In this document: positions 9,223-18,537 of the stretch, piece by piece
Numbering within the stretch: position 1 is the first letter of the stretch
Layout of the letters: each line of letters starts with the position of its first letter
NCBI GenBank assembly: GCA_963782525.1
Contig: CAWAKC010000006.1
Coordinates: 32,001 to 96,000, forward strand
Source: Candidatus Bathyarchaeota archaeon
GTDB lineage: Archaea; Thermoproteota; Bathyarchaeia; Bathyarchaeales; Bathycorpusculaceae
Length of the DNA: 64,000 bases
Direction of reading: 5' to 3'
Program-made: the position numbers and the translations under genes
Notes under the pieces: generated by a model
Databases searched by the model: none
What the model was told of the DNA's origin: nothing
Seen by the model: the letters and a program-made list of their open reading frames with translations, nothing else

Positions 9223-11397
9223 ATGGAGTTTCAGGATGAGATTATTCAATTGGTTCCGAAACGGATTGGACGAATAGCTGAGCTTGCAAACAACCTCTGG
9301 TGGAGCTGGGATGAAGAGGGACGGCAGGTTTTTCGTTCTTTGGATTATGAGCTTTGGAGGGCAAGTGGACATAATCCAGTTAAACAACTGCGTGACATTC
9401 CCCCTGACAAGTTAGAGGCTGCAGCAAGAGATCCTGCCTTCCTTGAACTGTACGACTCAATAATTCTAAAATTTGATAATTACTTGACGAGCAAAAAAGA
9501 CTGGTGTGGAAAAAAGGTTCCTGAAAACTTTGAAGGACAAATTGCTTATTTTTCCGCTGAATACGCTATCCACAATTCGCTTCCCATTTACGCTGGTGGC
9601 TTAGGAGTCCTTGCGGGAGATATCTGCAAGCAATCTTCTGACAGTGGATTACCTTTGGTTGCCGTGGGTTTTATGTACCCTCAAGGTTACTTCCGCCAAC
9701 ACGTTTCTGCTGAAGGCTGGCAGGAAGAAGCTTACACACAAATAGATTTCAGCGAAGCACCTATATCACCATGCGCTTGGCCCATGGGATGCGGTCCCAT
9801 AATTGCAGTTCCGCTTGGAGACCACCAAATTTTCCTCCAAGTTTGGCAGGTGCGAGTGGGAAGGGTGAACCTGTATCTGCTCGATACAAACATTAGCGAC
9901 AACCGAGAGGAGGACAGGGGGCTTTCTGCAAGGCTCTACACTGCTAACCAAGAAGAGAGGCTGCGGCAACTCATCGTTTTAGGCATGGGTGGAGTGCGAG
10001 CCTTGCGTGAACTGCATATAAAACCAGTTGTATGGCATGCCAATGAAGACCACACAGCGTTTATGATGCTTGAGCGGCTTAGAGAAGAACGGGCAAAAGG
10101 GACCCCGCTAAAAGAGGCAATCGACAAGGTGCGGAAAAGCACTGTTTTTACAACCCACACGCCTGTCGCGGCTGGGCAACATATTTTCCCATATCAACTG
10201 ATGGATCGTTACGCACGTAACTTTTGGGAATCTCTGAGTATTGACAGTGAAAGCTTCTTGAAACTTGGAAGCTATGACGGTTTAGGTCCAGAAAAATTTA
10301 GTTTAACAGCTTTTGCTCTGCGGTTAGCTGGTCAAGCCAACGCTGTAAGCAAACTTCATGGTAAGGTAGCCCGCAAAATGTGGAGCGTGCTCTACCCGGA
10401 AAAACCGATAGACGAAGTTCCAATATTAAGCATAACAAATGGTGTTCATGCACCTAGTTGGCGAGCAGCAGAAATTTCGGAGCTATGTGCAAAACAAATT
10501 AAAGATGAACCATTGCCAAACGAGAACGAAGAACAGTTCTGGAAATGTGCACCTGACATGCCAGATGAACAGTTTTGGAATGTTCATCAATTAATGAAGA
10601 GTAGGCTTATCCGCGCCATTCAAGATCGTGCCCAACTGCGTTTAGTTAGAGATGGAATTTCTACCCAGCAGGTGCTAGCAATGGGGGCTTTACTTGACCC
10701 GTATGCTTTAACTATTGCTTTTACTCGTCGATTTACTCAGTACAAGCGTCCTTACTTGATTTTATCCGATAGTGAACGTCTCAAGAAGTTAGTTACTGAT
10801 CCATTGCGTCCTGTGCAGATAATTTTCGGCGGCAAATCTCATCCGGCAGATTATGCTTCAAAAGAGCTTCTCAAAATCGTTTACAATGTGGCTTTGGATA
10901 AGCGGTTTCAGGGAAGAATAGTGTTCGTTGAAGATTATGACATGAGTCTTGCCAGGGATTTAGTTCGAGGGGTTGATGTTTGGCTAAACACTCCAAGACG
11001 TTTGCAGGAAGCATGTGGAACAAGTGGCATGAAAGCTTCAATGAATGGAGTTATTAATCTAAGTGTTCGTGACGGATGGTGGGATGAAGCCTATAACGGT
11101 ATTAACGGATGGGCAATTGACAGCTTTAAAGGTGGAAACCCTGACGAAGAAGACAAGGCTGACACTGAAGCACTATATAGTCTACTGGAAAATAATATAG
11201 TGCCTCTATTTTACGACCGCGACCGCAAAGGAGTGCCGCATGGCTGGATTCAAGTTGCCAAGGAAGCAATCAAAACGGTCAACCCTGTTTTTAATGCTTG
11301 CCGAATGATGAAGGAATATGTTGAGCGAATGTACATACCAGCTATTTTACCTGAGGTTTCTTTTTCTAACCCATTAATTGAAAAGGAGAAATTTTGA
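9223..11397 (+). CDS. glgP: Alpha-glucan (glycogen/maltodextrin) phosphorylase
   Basis: NLWWSW, GGLGVLAGD, FTTHTPV and EACGTSGMKA PLP-lysine motifs. Confidence 0.95.
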   Translation: MEFQDEIIQLVPKRIGRIAELANNLWWSWDEEGRQVFRSLDYELWRASGHNPVKQLRDIPPDKLEAAARDPAFLELYDSIILKFDNYLTSKKDWCGKKVPENFEGQIAYFSAEYAIHNSLPIYAGGLGVLAGDICKQSSDSGLPLVAVGFMYPQGYFRQHVSAEGWQEEAYTQIDFSEAPISPCAWPMGCGPIIAVPLGDHQIFLQVWQVRVGRVNLYLLDTNISDNREEDRGLSARLYTANQEERLRQLIVLGMGGVRALRELHIKPVVWHANEDHTAFMMLERLREERAKGTPLKEAIDKVRKSTVFTTHTPVAAGQHIFPYQLMDRYARNFWESLSIDSESFLKLGSYDGLGPEKFSLTAFALRLAGQANAVSKLHGKVARKMWSVLYPEKPIDEVPILSITNGVHAPSWRAAEISELCAKQIKDEPLPNENEEQFWKCAPDMPDEQFWNVHQLMKSRLIRAIQDRAQLRLVRDGISTQQVLAMGALLDPYALTIAFTRRFTQYKRPYLILSDSERLKKLVTDPLRPVQIIFGGKSHPADYASKELLKIVYNVALDKRFQGRIVFVEDYDMSLARDLVRGVDVWLNTPRRLQEACGTSGMKASMNGVINLSVRDGWWDEAYNGINGWAIDSFKGGNPDEEDKADTEALYSLLENNIVPLFYDRDRKGVPHGWIQVAKEAIKTVNPVFNACRMMKEYVERMYIPAILPEVSFSNPLIEKEKF

Positions 11398-12944
11398 TGA
11401 GTGAAAAAACAAAACTAGATAACATCAGCCTGAACTTGGAAGACACCATAACAGTTTTTGTTAGAAACGATGAGATTGTTGCTGATATAAACTCGAAAGG
11501 CTGCGAGTTACTAGAGTCCTCAAAAGAAGAGGTTTTGGGCAAGAACTGGTTCGACGTTTTTATTCCTCAAACCATACGCGAGGAGATGAGAATTTCTTTT
11601 CACCAATTGCTGGACGGGACTTCCCGAAGAGGTCACGTTGAGAAAAAGGTTTTAACTAAAAGCGGTCAGGAACGGGTGATTAATTGGCTTAACCTGCCCG
11701 TCAAAGATGAAAAAGGCAAGTTTATAGGTGCAATTTTTTCTGGGCAAGACTTAACTGACCGTAAACTATTTGAAGAAAAATACATTCGATTGGCTTCTTT
11801 TCCAGCTTTTGACCCAAATCCCATCGTAGAAGTTGATTTTGAGGGAAAAATTACTTACACTAATCCAGCTGCAATAAAAGTCTTCCCTAACCTTGAAAAA
11901 AAAGGTTTAGACCAGCCGTTCTTTTCTGATTGGGAAGCTGTTTCCTGCGTTTTTAAAGATAAAATCGCCGCTGAGTATTCGTTTGGAAGAGAAATAAACC
12001 TTGACGGCGACTGGTACCTGCAGCAATTCTCATACATGCCCATAGGACCTAGGATCAGAATCTACGTTGTAAACATTGATCAGAAAAAACAAGCGGAAGA
12101 AGCCCTGAAAGTGAGCGAAGAAAAATATCGTTCGCTATTTGAGAACTTGATTAATGGCTATGCCTACTGCAAGATGATTTATGACCAAAAAGGTGCGCCA
12201 GCAGATTTTATGTACTTGGAAATCAATGCAGCATTTGAGCAACTAACCGGTTTAAAACGTGAAACGGTAGTTAACAGAAAGGTTTCTGAGGCTATTCCAG
12301 GGACAAAAGAAGCTAATCCCGAAATATTTGAAATATACGGTAGAGTTGCCAAGACTGGGAAAGCTGAGCGCTTTGAACTTTTCTTTAAGCCGCTAAACAT
12401 TTGGTTGAATATTTCTGTGTACGGTCCCAAAAAAGACTATTTCGTAGCAATTTTTGAAAACATAACTAAGCGTAAAGAGCTGGAGCAAGAGTTGAACAGC
12501 TACAATCAGCGGCTTGAGGATGTTGTGGCTAAACGCACAGCAGAGTATTCTCAGGCAAACCAGAGACTGACCAATGAAATTATGGAACGCAAAAAAATTG
12601 AAGATGGATTGACTTTTAGAGCGATTATTTTAGATAATTTAGCTGAAGCTATCTTTTTGGCGAATTTGCGGGGAGAATTTGTATATGTAAACCTTGCAGC
12701 CTGCGAACTATTCGGTTACCCCTGTGACGAATTCTTGAATTTGAATCTTTGGAGAATTCTACAAATCCCAGAGGAAGAAAAGAAAGATCTAATGGATAAA
12801 ATTCTAAAAGCCGAGCAAATCGATTTCCACACCGTTCAAGTTACGAAAAACGAGAAAGTTCAGATTCATTTGCGTATGAGTTTAGTGAAGACGGCTCATG
12901 GAAAGCTGATAATCAGCGTAGTGCACAAGGTTAAGGGGCAATAA
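11394..12944 (+). CDS. Multi-PAS domain protein without kinase or output domain
   Basis: Four PAS/PAC-like repeats plus a coiled-coil linker; no H-box or HATPase; overlaps the glgP stop. Confidence 0.85.
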   Translation: MMSEKTKLDNISLNLEDTITVFVRNDEIVADINSKGCELLESSKEEVLGKNWFDVFIPQTIREEMRISFHQLLDGTSRRGHVEKKVLTKSGQERVINWLNLPVKDEKGKFIGAIFSGQDLTDRKLFEEKYIRLASFPAFDPNPIVEVDFEGKITYTNPAAIKVFPNLEKKGLDQPFFSDWEAVSCVFKDKIAAEYSFGREINLDGDWYLQQFSYMPIGPRIRIYVVNIDQKKQAEEALKVSEEKYRSLFENLINGYAYCKMIYDQKGAPADFMYLEINAAFEQLTGLKRETVVNRKVSEAIPGTKEANPEIFEIYGRVAKTGKAERFELFFKPLNIWLNISVYGPKKDYFVAIFENITKRKELEQELNSYNQRLEDVVAKRTAEYSQANQRLTNEIMERKKIEDGLTFRAIILDNLAEAIFLANLRGEFVYVNLAACELFGYPCDEFLNLNLWRILQIPEEEKKDLMDKILKAEQIDFHTVQVTKNEKVQIHLRMSLVKTAHGKLIISVVHKVKGQ

Positions 12945-13023
12945 AGACTTGAGAAAACCCCAATTTGAAGATTAAGTAAAATCTTATTTGCTGCATATGC
13001 ATAGCTTGTAGAAGGCGAACTGA

Positions 13024-13488
13024 ATGAGTGATAAAGAGCTTAAAGTAAACAAAATCAAAGACGGCACCGTAATCGACCACATCCGCGGCGGATACGCTTT
13101 AGACGTAGTAAAGATCTTAGGCATAACTGGCAAAGAAAAAAAAGTCATGACCATCGCCATCAATGTTCCCAGCAGACGCTTCGGAGTCAAAGACATCGTA
13201 AAAATCGAGGGAAAAGCCCTTAACTCACAGGAAGTTAACAGGATTGCGCTTGTTGCTCCGCACGCATCGATAAACTTCGTTCGAAACTATGAAGTGGTTG
13301 AAAAATTGGTGGTTAAACTGCCTAAAACTATAGAAGGCATCGTTAAATGTGCTAACCCCTGCTGCATAAGTATCAGCAACGAACCAGTTGTCTCGAAATT
13401 CTACGTTAAAAATGAAGAACCACTGTTGCTCAAATGCCACTACTGCGGAGTCACAATCGAGCAGGCAGATGTTTTGGCCCAACTCTAA
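13024..13488 (+). CDS. pyrI: Aspartate carbamoyltransferase regulatory chain
   Basis: GTVIDHI, KDIVKIE and CANPCCIS...CHYC motifs. Confidence 0.95.
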   Translation: MSDKELKVNKIKDGTVIDHIRGGYALDVVKILGITGKEKKVMTIAINVPSRRFGVKDIVKIEGKALNSQEVNRIALVAPHASINFVRNYEVVEKLVVKLPKTIEGIVKCANPCCISISNEPVVSKFYVKNEEPLLLKCHYCGVTIEQADVLAQL

Positions 13489-13910
13489 GGTAACCGTTCC
13501 CGAGCCAACAAAAACAATACCTCAAAATCTTTCCGAACCAACATTTTTCCCTTGCCTATTCCTGGGCACTCAAATGTGAAATTGAAAACATGCTGGTCTT
13601 TGTCTTGGTCAAATTTTAGTTCAAAGGGATAGAACCTGCAGATTAGGGGTCTTGATGCGTAGATGCTGCATTGGTTATCTTTTAGGAAGAAGCATTTACC
13701 TTCTCTGTTCTTTTTCATTTCATAGCAGTAAGGGTTTTTATCGGCGATCTGTTCGGTGAAAGCTTCTTTTGGTAAACAAGTCTCAGCCGAAATGGCGGTT
13801 TTTTCTGACTCTAGAAGCAGAATATGCCTTGTTTTTTCTTTAGTGTCTCCGCAGCATAAACCGCATCTGCTGCACTCGAAAACCACGTTAGTTGGGCAAA
13901 CGAAATCCAC
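13485..13910 (-). CDS. YkgJ family cysteine cluster protein
   Basis: C..CG.CC ... C.FL....C.IY..RP..CR.YPF ... CPG.G. Confidence 0.9.
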   Translation of the reverse strand: MDFVCPTNVVFECSRCGLCCGDTKEKTRHILLLESEKTAISAETCLPKEAFTEQIADKNPYCYEMKKNREGKCFFLKDNQCSIYASRPLICRFYPFELKFDQDKDQHVFNFTFECPGIGKGKMLVRKDFEVLFLLARERLP

Positions 13911-13957
13911 TTTGATTCAACAGACATCTAATTCTTCTTTTGCCATAAAAACGTTGG

Positions 13958-14290
13958 TTACAAACTTTTATTTTCTTCAGGAAGTTTTGCACGATGCCCT
14001 TCGCCATACTGGAAGGGTCTGCCCAAGTTTTTCTCCAGTTTCTTCTTGAAAGCTTCATCCATATTCATGTTCGGACACGCTAAACGACTAGCATCCAAAA
14101 CATAGAACATTACGTCGATTAGTTCCTCAGCGATTTTTTCTTCAGGTAATCCCTTCTTCCATGCGTCGCTGGCTTCCCCGAGCTCTATGAAGGCGAAAAG
14201 CAGTTTCTTTGGAATATCCTCGGGCTTATTGTAGAATCCTTTTGCTATGACTAGGGCTTCGATCTCTTTTTTCATTTCTTCAAGTTGCAA
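13958..14290 (-). CDS. MazG-like nucleotide pyrophosphohydrolase
   Basis: IELGEA ... EELIDV (ExxE...ExxD). Confidence 0.85.
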   Translation of the reverse strand: MQLEEMKKEIEALVIAKGFYNKPEDIPKKLLFAFIELGEASDAWKKGLPEEKIAEELIDVMFYVLDASRLACPNMNMDEAFKKKLEKNLGRPFQYGEGHRAKLPEENKSL

Positions 14291-14437
14291 GCCAATTTCC
14301 CCTTGATTTACAAAAACAATGATTTGGAAATATAAAAGGAGTGGCTGATGTTTGAAGTTAAAAGTTATTCATAATCTTGTATGTTCACAATCAAAATGGG
14401 CCAATCGTGTACTTCTCAGAAAAAAATTAATTATCCT

Positions 14438-14584
14438 CTAAAATTCTGTGGCGTATTTAAAGACGGTGCCGCATGAATCGCAGGTAAAGCGTGCGACACA
14501 GAAAACAGAGTTCTCCAGTGTCTTGTCTGCTTTTATCAACTGTTTTCCGCATTTTGGACAATTAGCTTTATTGCATGATATCAC
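14438..14584 (-). CDS. 48-aa zinc-ribbon microprotein (not in the ORF track)
   Basis: GTG start; MISCNKANCPKCGKQLIKADKTLENSVFCVARFTCDSCGTVFKYATEF. Confidence 0.7.
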   Translation of the reverse strand: MISCNKANCPKCGKQLIKADKTLENSVFCVARFTCDSCGTVFKYATEF

Positions 14585-14892
14585 GATATCAACTTGCTGT
14601 TAAAGTCGGAAATACTATATGAAACATTGTTGTCTCAAACGAGAACAACAATCTATCATTTGTGTTTGTTAGCTTGTGGTTGGTTTTAGGCTACCACAAA
14701 TTCTTGTTTTCTGTCAAATCAGTGGGTTTTTGCCGAGAAATTATGTGTCGTTTGGTAGAGAAACCTGAAGCTGATTTAAGGCTTTGTTTTCCAGTTATGC
14801 ACTATGGGGCTTAGGCTCCCAAATGTGTATCTGGGCATTCCTTAACGGCGCTGGAGTCTGCCAAACGGCACCTGCAAAAATTTAGCGCTTTT

Positions 14893-16146
14893 TTATTTTG
14901 TTGTTTCAAGCGTAACGGTTGATAAGCTGTCTTCTTGAAGATAACGGTTGGCTGCTTCCATTATGTCTTCACTTGAAACTGTCTTTATTTTTCCGATGTA
15001 GTCCATCAATGCGGTTTCGGATCTGAATTGCATTTCCATATAAGCGAGAATCTCTGAGCATTCATGCGGATTATCCATTCCTCGAAGAATCTCCGCCATA
15101 ATCAGGTTTTTATTTCTGTCAAGCTCTTCTTTTGGCACTTTATCGGTTCTTAACTTGGATAGTTCTTTGAGAATCAAGTCAGTGGCTTTTGCCAGCTTTT
15201 TATTTTTCACTGCACAGCTAATACTGAAATACCCAAAATCCACGCCTTTATTATGGTCACAACTAACATCATAGGTTAAAGCGTTTTTTTCTCGAAGTTC
15301 CACAAATAAACGTGAACTTGTCCCTCCACTAAGCAGTGCACTCATCAAATCCAATTTGGGTGAATCTTGATGCGTAGAACAAACCGTCCGTGCTCCAACG
15401 CTCAAGTATGATTGGGCTATTCCAGGTTTTTTCTCAACCACCAGCGATTCAGGTTTCGCTGTTTCGCAAGGAACCATTTTTCTTCGAAAAGTCTGCTCAC
15501 TTGTTCTGCTCTTGAAATTTTCAAGAACCCCCTCTACGGATTTTTCAGTGAAATTACCAGTCAAAATCAACACCATATTTTGGGGAATATAGTTAGTTCT
15601 ATGAACTTGTCCTAATTGGTTTAAAGTTAGTTTCTCCACAGTTTTTGGAAATCCTCCAACAGGCCGTTTTACGGGGTGACTTTTGAACAAGGTCTTCAGA
15701 AGCAATTCTTCAATTCTTTCTGACGGGTCATCTAAAGCTTCAGATAGTTCGTTGAGAATTATTTTTCGTTCTTTCTTGAAATTTTCTTCTTCAAACTCCA
15801 AGTTAAAGAGCAACTCGGAAATAACGTATGAAGCTTCACTTAATTTCTCAGGTAAAATATCCAAAGTTGTCATCATATGTTCATGGTCTGTATAGAAATC
15901 TAAAATCCCTCCGGAATCCTCAATGCTTCGGGATAGTTGAATGCGCTTTGGTGACCCCCCCGCAAGCATGTGCTCTATGAAATGGGCAACTCCAGCGTTT
16001 TCCTCTGGTTCTTGGTTTGAACCAAATCCAACTGAAACGGCTAACTGTGTGGTGTTCGCAGTTTCTCGGGGAAATAGCAGTACTGTTAACCCGTTCGGAA
16101 GGCTATTCCTGCGCCAAAACATGGCAGATGTCATATCCAAAATCAA
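14893..16146 (-). CDS. M16 family (pitrilysin/insulinase-like) peptidase
   Basis: Inverted zincin HFIEH, ER.II..E and SSRLF.ELREK motifs. Confidence 0.92.
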   Translation of the reverse strand: MILDMTSAMFWRRNSLPNGLTVLLFPRETANTTQLAVSVGFGSNQEPEENAGVAHFIEHMLAGGSPKRIQLSRSIEDSGGILDFYTDHEHMMTTLDILPEKLSEASYVISELLFNLEFEEENFKKERKIILNELSEALDDPSERIEELLLKTLFKSHPVKRPVGGFPKTVEKLTLNQLGQVHRTNYIPQNMVLILTGNFTEKSVEGVLENFKSRTSEQTFRRKMVPCETAKPESLVVEKKPGIAQSYLSVGARTVCSTHQDSPKLDLMSALLSGGTSSRLFVELREKNALTYDVSCDHNKGVDFGYFSISCAVKNKKLAKATDLILKELSKLRTDKVPKEELDRNKNLIMAEILRGMDNPHECSEILAYMEMQFRSETALMDYIGKIKTVSSEDIMEAANRYLQEDSLSTVTLETTK

Positions 16147-16210
16147 ACAGGCGCTTCTAAAAAAGATTGGCGAACAAACAGCCGACTTACCCGCTGCTTT
16201 AAATTAAGAA

Positions 16211-16282
16211 GGCCGAGGGGGTAGCTTTTAGGAGAAAAGATGGGTAAATGTCCAGTAAACCCAACTGCCCAACCCCTCAACC
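16211..16282 (-). ncRNA. Candidate structured RNA or leader upstream of the M16 peptidase
   Basis: 10-bp outer stem GGUUGAGGGG/CCCCUCGGCC with G-U pairs only on the minus strand; inner UGGGU/ACCCA stem. Confidence 0.35.
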
Positions 16283-16383
16283 CCAAACGCTATTTCAGTC
16301 GACTTAGCATAAAAAACTTTGCACAATCAAGCAAATTGATATATAAATAGTCTCACAAAACAGCGTTTTAATGCTACTCTCAG

Positions 16384-16731
16384 CTAGTTTTGTGCTTTTT
16401 CCATATGAAAGTGATGCAGGAACCGGTGGACAATTGGGGCGGCAAAAATGCCGATTGCCACTAACTCGATTAACCCGCAGTATAATGCGTATACTCCAGC
16501 AAATATTTTTCCTGAATCTGTATGAAGAATGTTAACTGGTCCCATTCCACCCATTAACATGGCAGCGTTCAAAAACGAGTCAACCCACGAGTAGCCTTCA
16601 AGCATGTGGTAACCAACCATGCCTATTACCAGTGAACCAAGCACAAGGCTCAACGATATCAACGCGTACCTTGCTAATCTTTTGAGGAATAGGCGTCTTG
16701 GCAAAAGTTTTTCGTGGCGATGCTCAAACAT
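16384..16731 (-). CDS. Small two-TM protein with channel pore-like segment
   Basis: TM - W.DSFLNAAMLMGGMGP - TM (GKIF...Y), the layout of 2TM ion-channel domains. Confidence 0.65.
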   Translation of the reverse strand: MFEHRHEKLLPRRLFLKRLARYALISLSLVLGSLVIGMVGYHMLEGYSWVDSFLNAAMLMGGMGPVNILHTDSGKIFAGVYALYCGLIELVAIGIFAAPIVHRFLHHFHMEKAQN

Positions 16732-16860
16732 TTCAGTCTATCCTTAACTTAAACGCTAACTCTTAGCTTGTATGCGCCTTTATACTTTTTCAAAGGCAAA
16801 AATCGCATAAACCCAAACAAACATTTTAATCTCCAATCATTATTTCAAAGAGCGATTGAA

Positions 16861-17127
16861 ATGGCCAGAGTAAAATGTAAAAAATGCAGCGCTGTCTTTG
16901 AACAAGGACTCGGCGGAGTAGCCTTGGCGCCCCATATTGGTCCATTACATTATGTTAAATGCCCTGCATGCGGAAAAAGAAGCTGGCTCAACGTTTACAC
17001 TTCAGTCAAAGACCCACTAACTTGGCCTCCAGAAGAAGCAAAACAGCAACAGGTTGCGGCGCCAGAACTGACTGAGGAAGAACTGGAGAAAAAAATGATC
17101 GAAGAATCCAAATACGAAAAACGTTAA
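16861..17127 (+). CDS. Small zinc-ribbon protein
   Basis: KCKKC...HIG...KCPACG; C-terminal IEESKYEK. Confidence 0.75.
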   Translation: MARVKCKKCSAVFEQGLGGVALAPHIGPLHYVKCPACGKRSWLNVYTSVKDPLTWPPEEAKQQQVAAPELTEEELEKKMIEESKYEKR

Positions 17128-17309
17128 ACACTAAAAAACGGTTTTTTCATAGCAATCTATATCATTAACAAGGGTAATCTCTAAAAAATACAGCATCGAA
17201 AAGTCTTGAAAAGGGACAATTAATTGGAACATCAATCGGCGGGTCATTCGTCGGAATCGTAGTTGTAGTCATAGTTTTGGTTTTGGCTATAACTATCAGG
17301 TTATACTTC

Positions 17310-17580
17310 ATGAGAAATCCTGGTAAAATGAGGGCGAAATGTAAAAAATGCGGCAACGTATTCGATGCATCAAATAGTTTCTCAGCTTTTCATATTGGGC
17401 TGCTCAAAACAGTTAAAGTGCCCTGCCTGCGGCAAAGTTAGCCTCATGAGCACTTTCGTGAAAGACGCAATCACTTTCCCGCCGGAAGACAAAAAGCAGG
17501 GTTCGCATGGTGATAGCGGTTTAAAGCAAGAACAGTTAGAGCAAAAACGAATAGAAGAGTCTAAATACGAAAAAGCCTAA
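17310..17580 (+). pseudogene. Frameshifted tandem paralog of the 16861-17127 gene
   Basis: KCKKCG..HIG lies in one frame and KCPACG...IEESKYEKA in the +1 frame; the shift is near the A4 run at 17406-17409. Confidence 0.7.
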
Positions 17581-17607
17581 ATCATAAAATCCTTGAAAGT
17601 GCACCGA

Positions 17608-18537
17608 ATGATTGAAACCCAAAACCTAACCCGAAAATTCGGCAATCTAACCGCCGTGGACAACGTCACTTTTCACGTTGATGATGGTGAGGTTTTTGGT
17701 TTTCTTGGACCCAACGGCGCAGGAAAAACAACCACCGTGCGTATGCTCTGCTGTTTAATCGGCAAAACCAGCGGCGAAGCAAAAATAGGCGGCTACTCAA
17801 TTGACTCAGAAAGCAACTGCCTAAAAATCCGAAAAATGGTTGGTTTTCTACCAGAGAACGTCGGTTTATACGACAGCTTAAGCGCCTACCGCAACCTTGA
17901 TTTTTATGGGCAACTCTACGAAGTCCCGGAACAAAAACGCAAAGAAAACATTGAACATCTCTTAAAGTTACTTGGAATTTGGGGACGTCGCGAAGATGCT
18001 GCGGGCACATTCAGCAAGGGTATGAAACAGAAACTTGCAATCGCCCGCGCATTAATCCATGACCCGCAACTACTCTTTTTAGATGAGCCAACAGCGAACT
18101 TAGATCCTGAGGCCTCCAAAACCGTGAGAGATTTCGTCATTGAGCTTAAGAAAGAAAAGCGAACAATTTTCATAAACACCCACAATTTGGATGAAGCTGA
18201 ACGCCTCTGTGACAGAATAGCAATCCTAAAAACAAAACTTGTAGTCGTTGATTCACCAAAAAACTTGGAGCGCAGCCTCTATAACCGAAAAACAATCGTA
18301 CATTTAGAAAGCGTTTCCGATGCTATTGTGGCTTCCCTGCAAAAATTGAGTACAGTCAAAAGCGTGCGAACAAGCGACAACAAGTTAATCCTTGATATAG
18401 ATGATCCTGAAAAAGACAACCCGGATGTTGTGAGGGCAATCGTTGAAGCAGGCGGCAACATCCAATACGTTACCGAGTTGCGTTCAACGCTTGAGGATGT
18501 TTATCTTAAACTTATTCGGGAGGCTACTGCTCAATGA
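17608..18537 (+). CDS. ABC-2 type transporter ATP-binding protein
   Basis: GPNGAGKTT, FSKGMKQK, LFLDEP and H-loop. Confidence 0.93.
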   Translation: MIETQNLTRKFGNLTAVDNVTFHVDDGEVFGFLGPNGAGKTTTVRMLCCLIGKTSGEAKIGGYSIDSESNCLKIRKMVGFLPENVGLYDSLSAYRNLDFYGQLYEVPEQKRKENIEHLLKLLGIWGRREDAAGTFSKGMKQKLAIARALIHDPQLLFLDEPTANLDPEASKTVRDFVIELKKEKRTIFINTHNLDEAERLCDRIAILKTKLVVVDSPKNLERSLYNRKTIVHLESVSDAIVASLQKLSTVKSVRTSDNKLILDIDDPEKDNPDVVRAIVEAGGNIQYVTELRSTLEDVYLKLIREATAQ

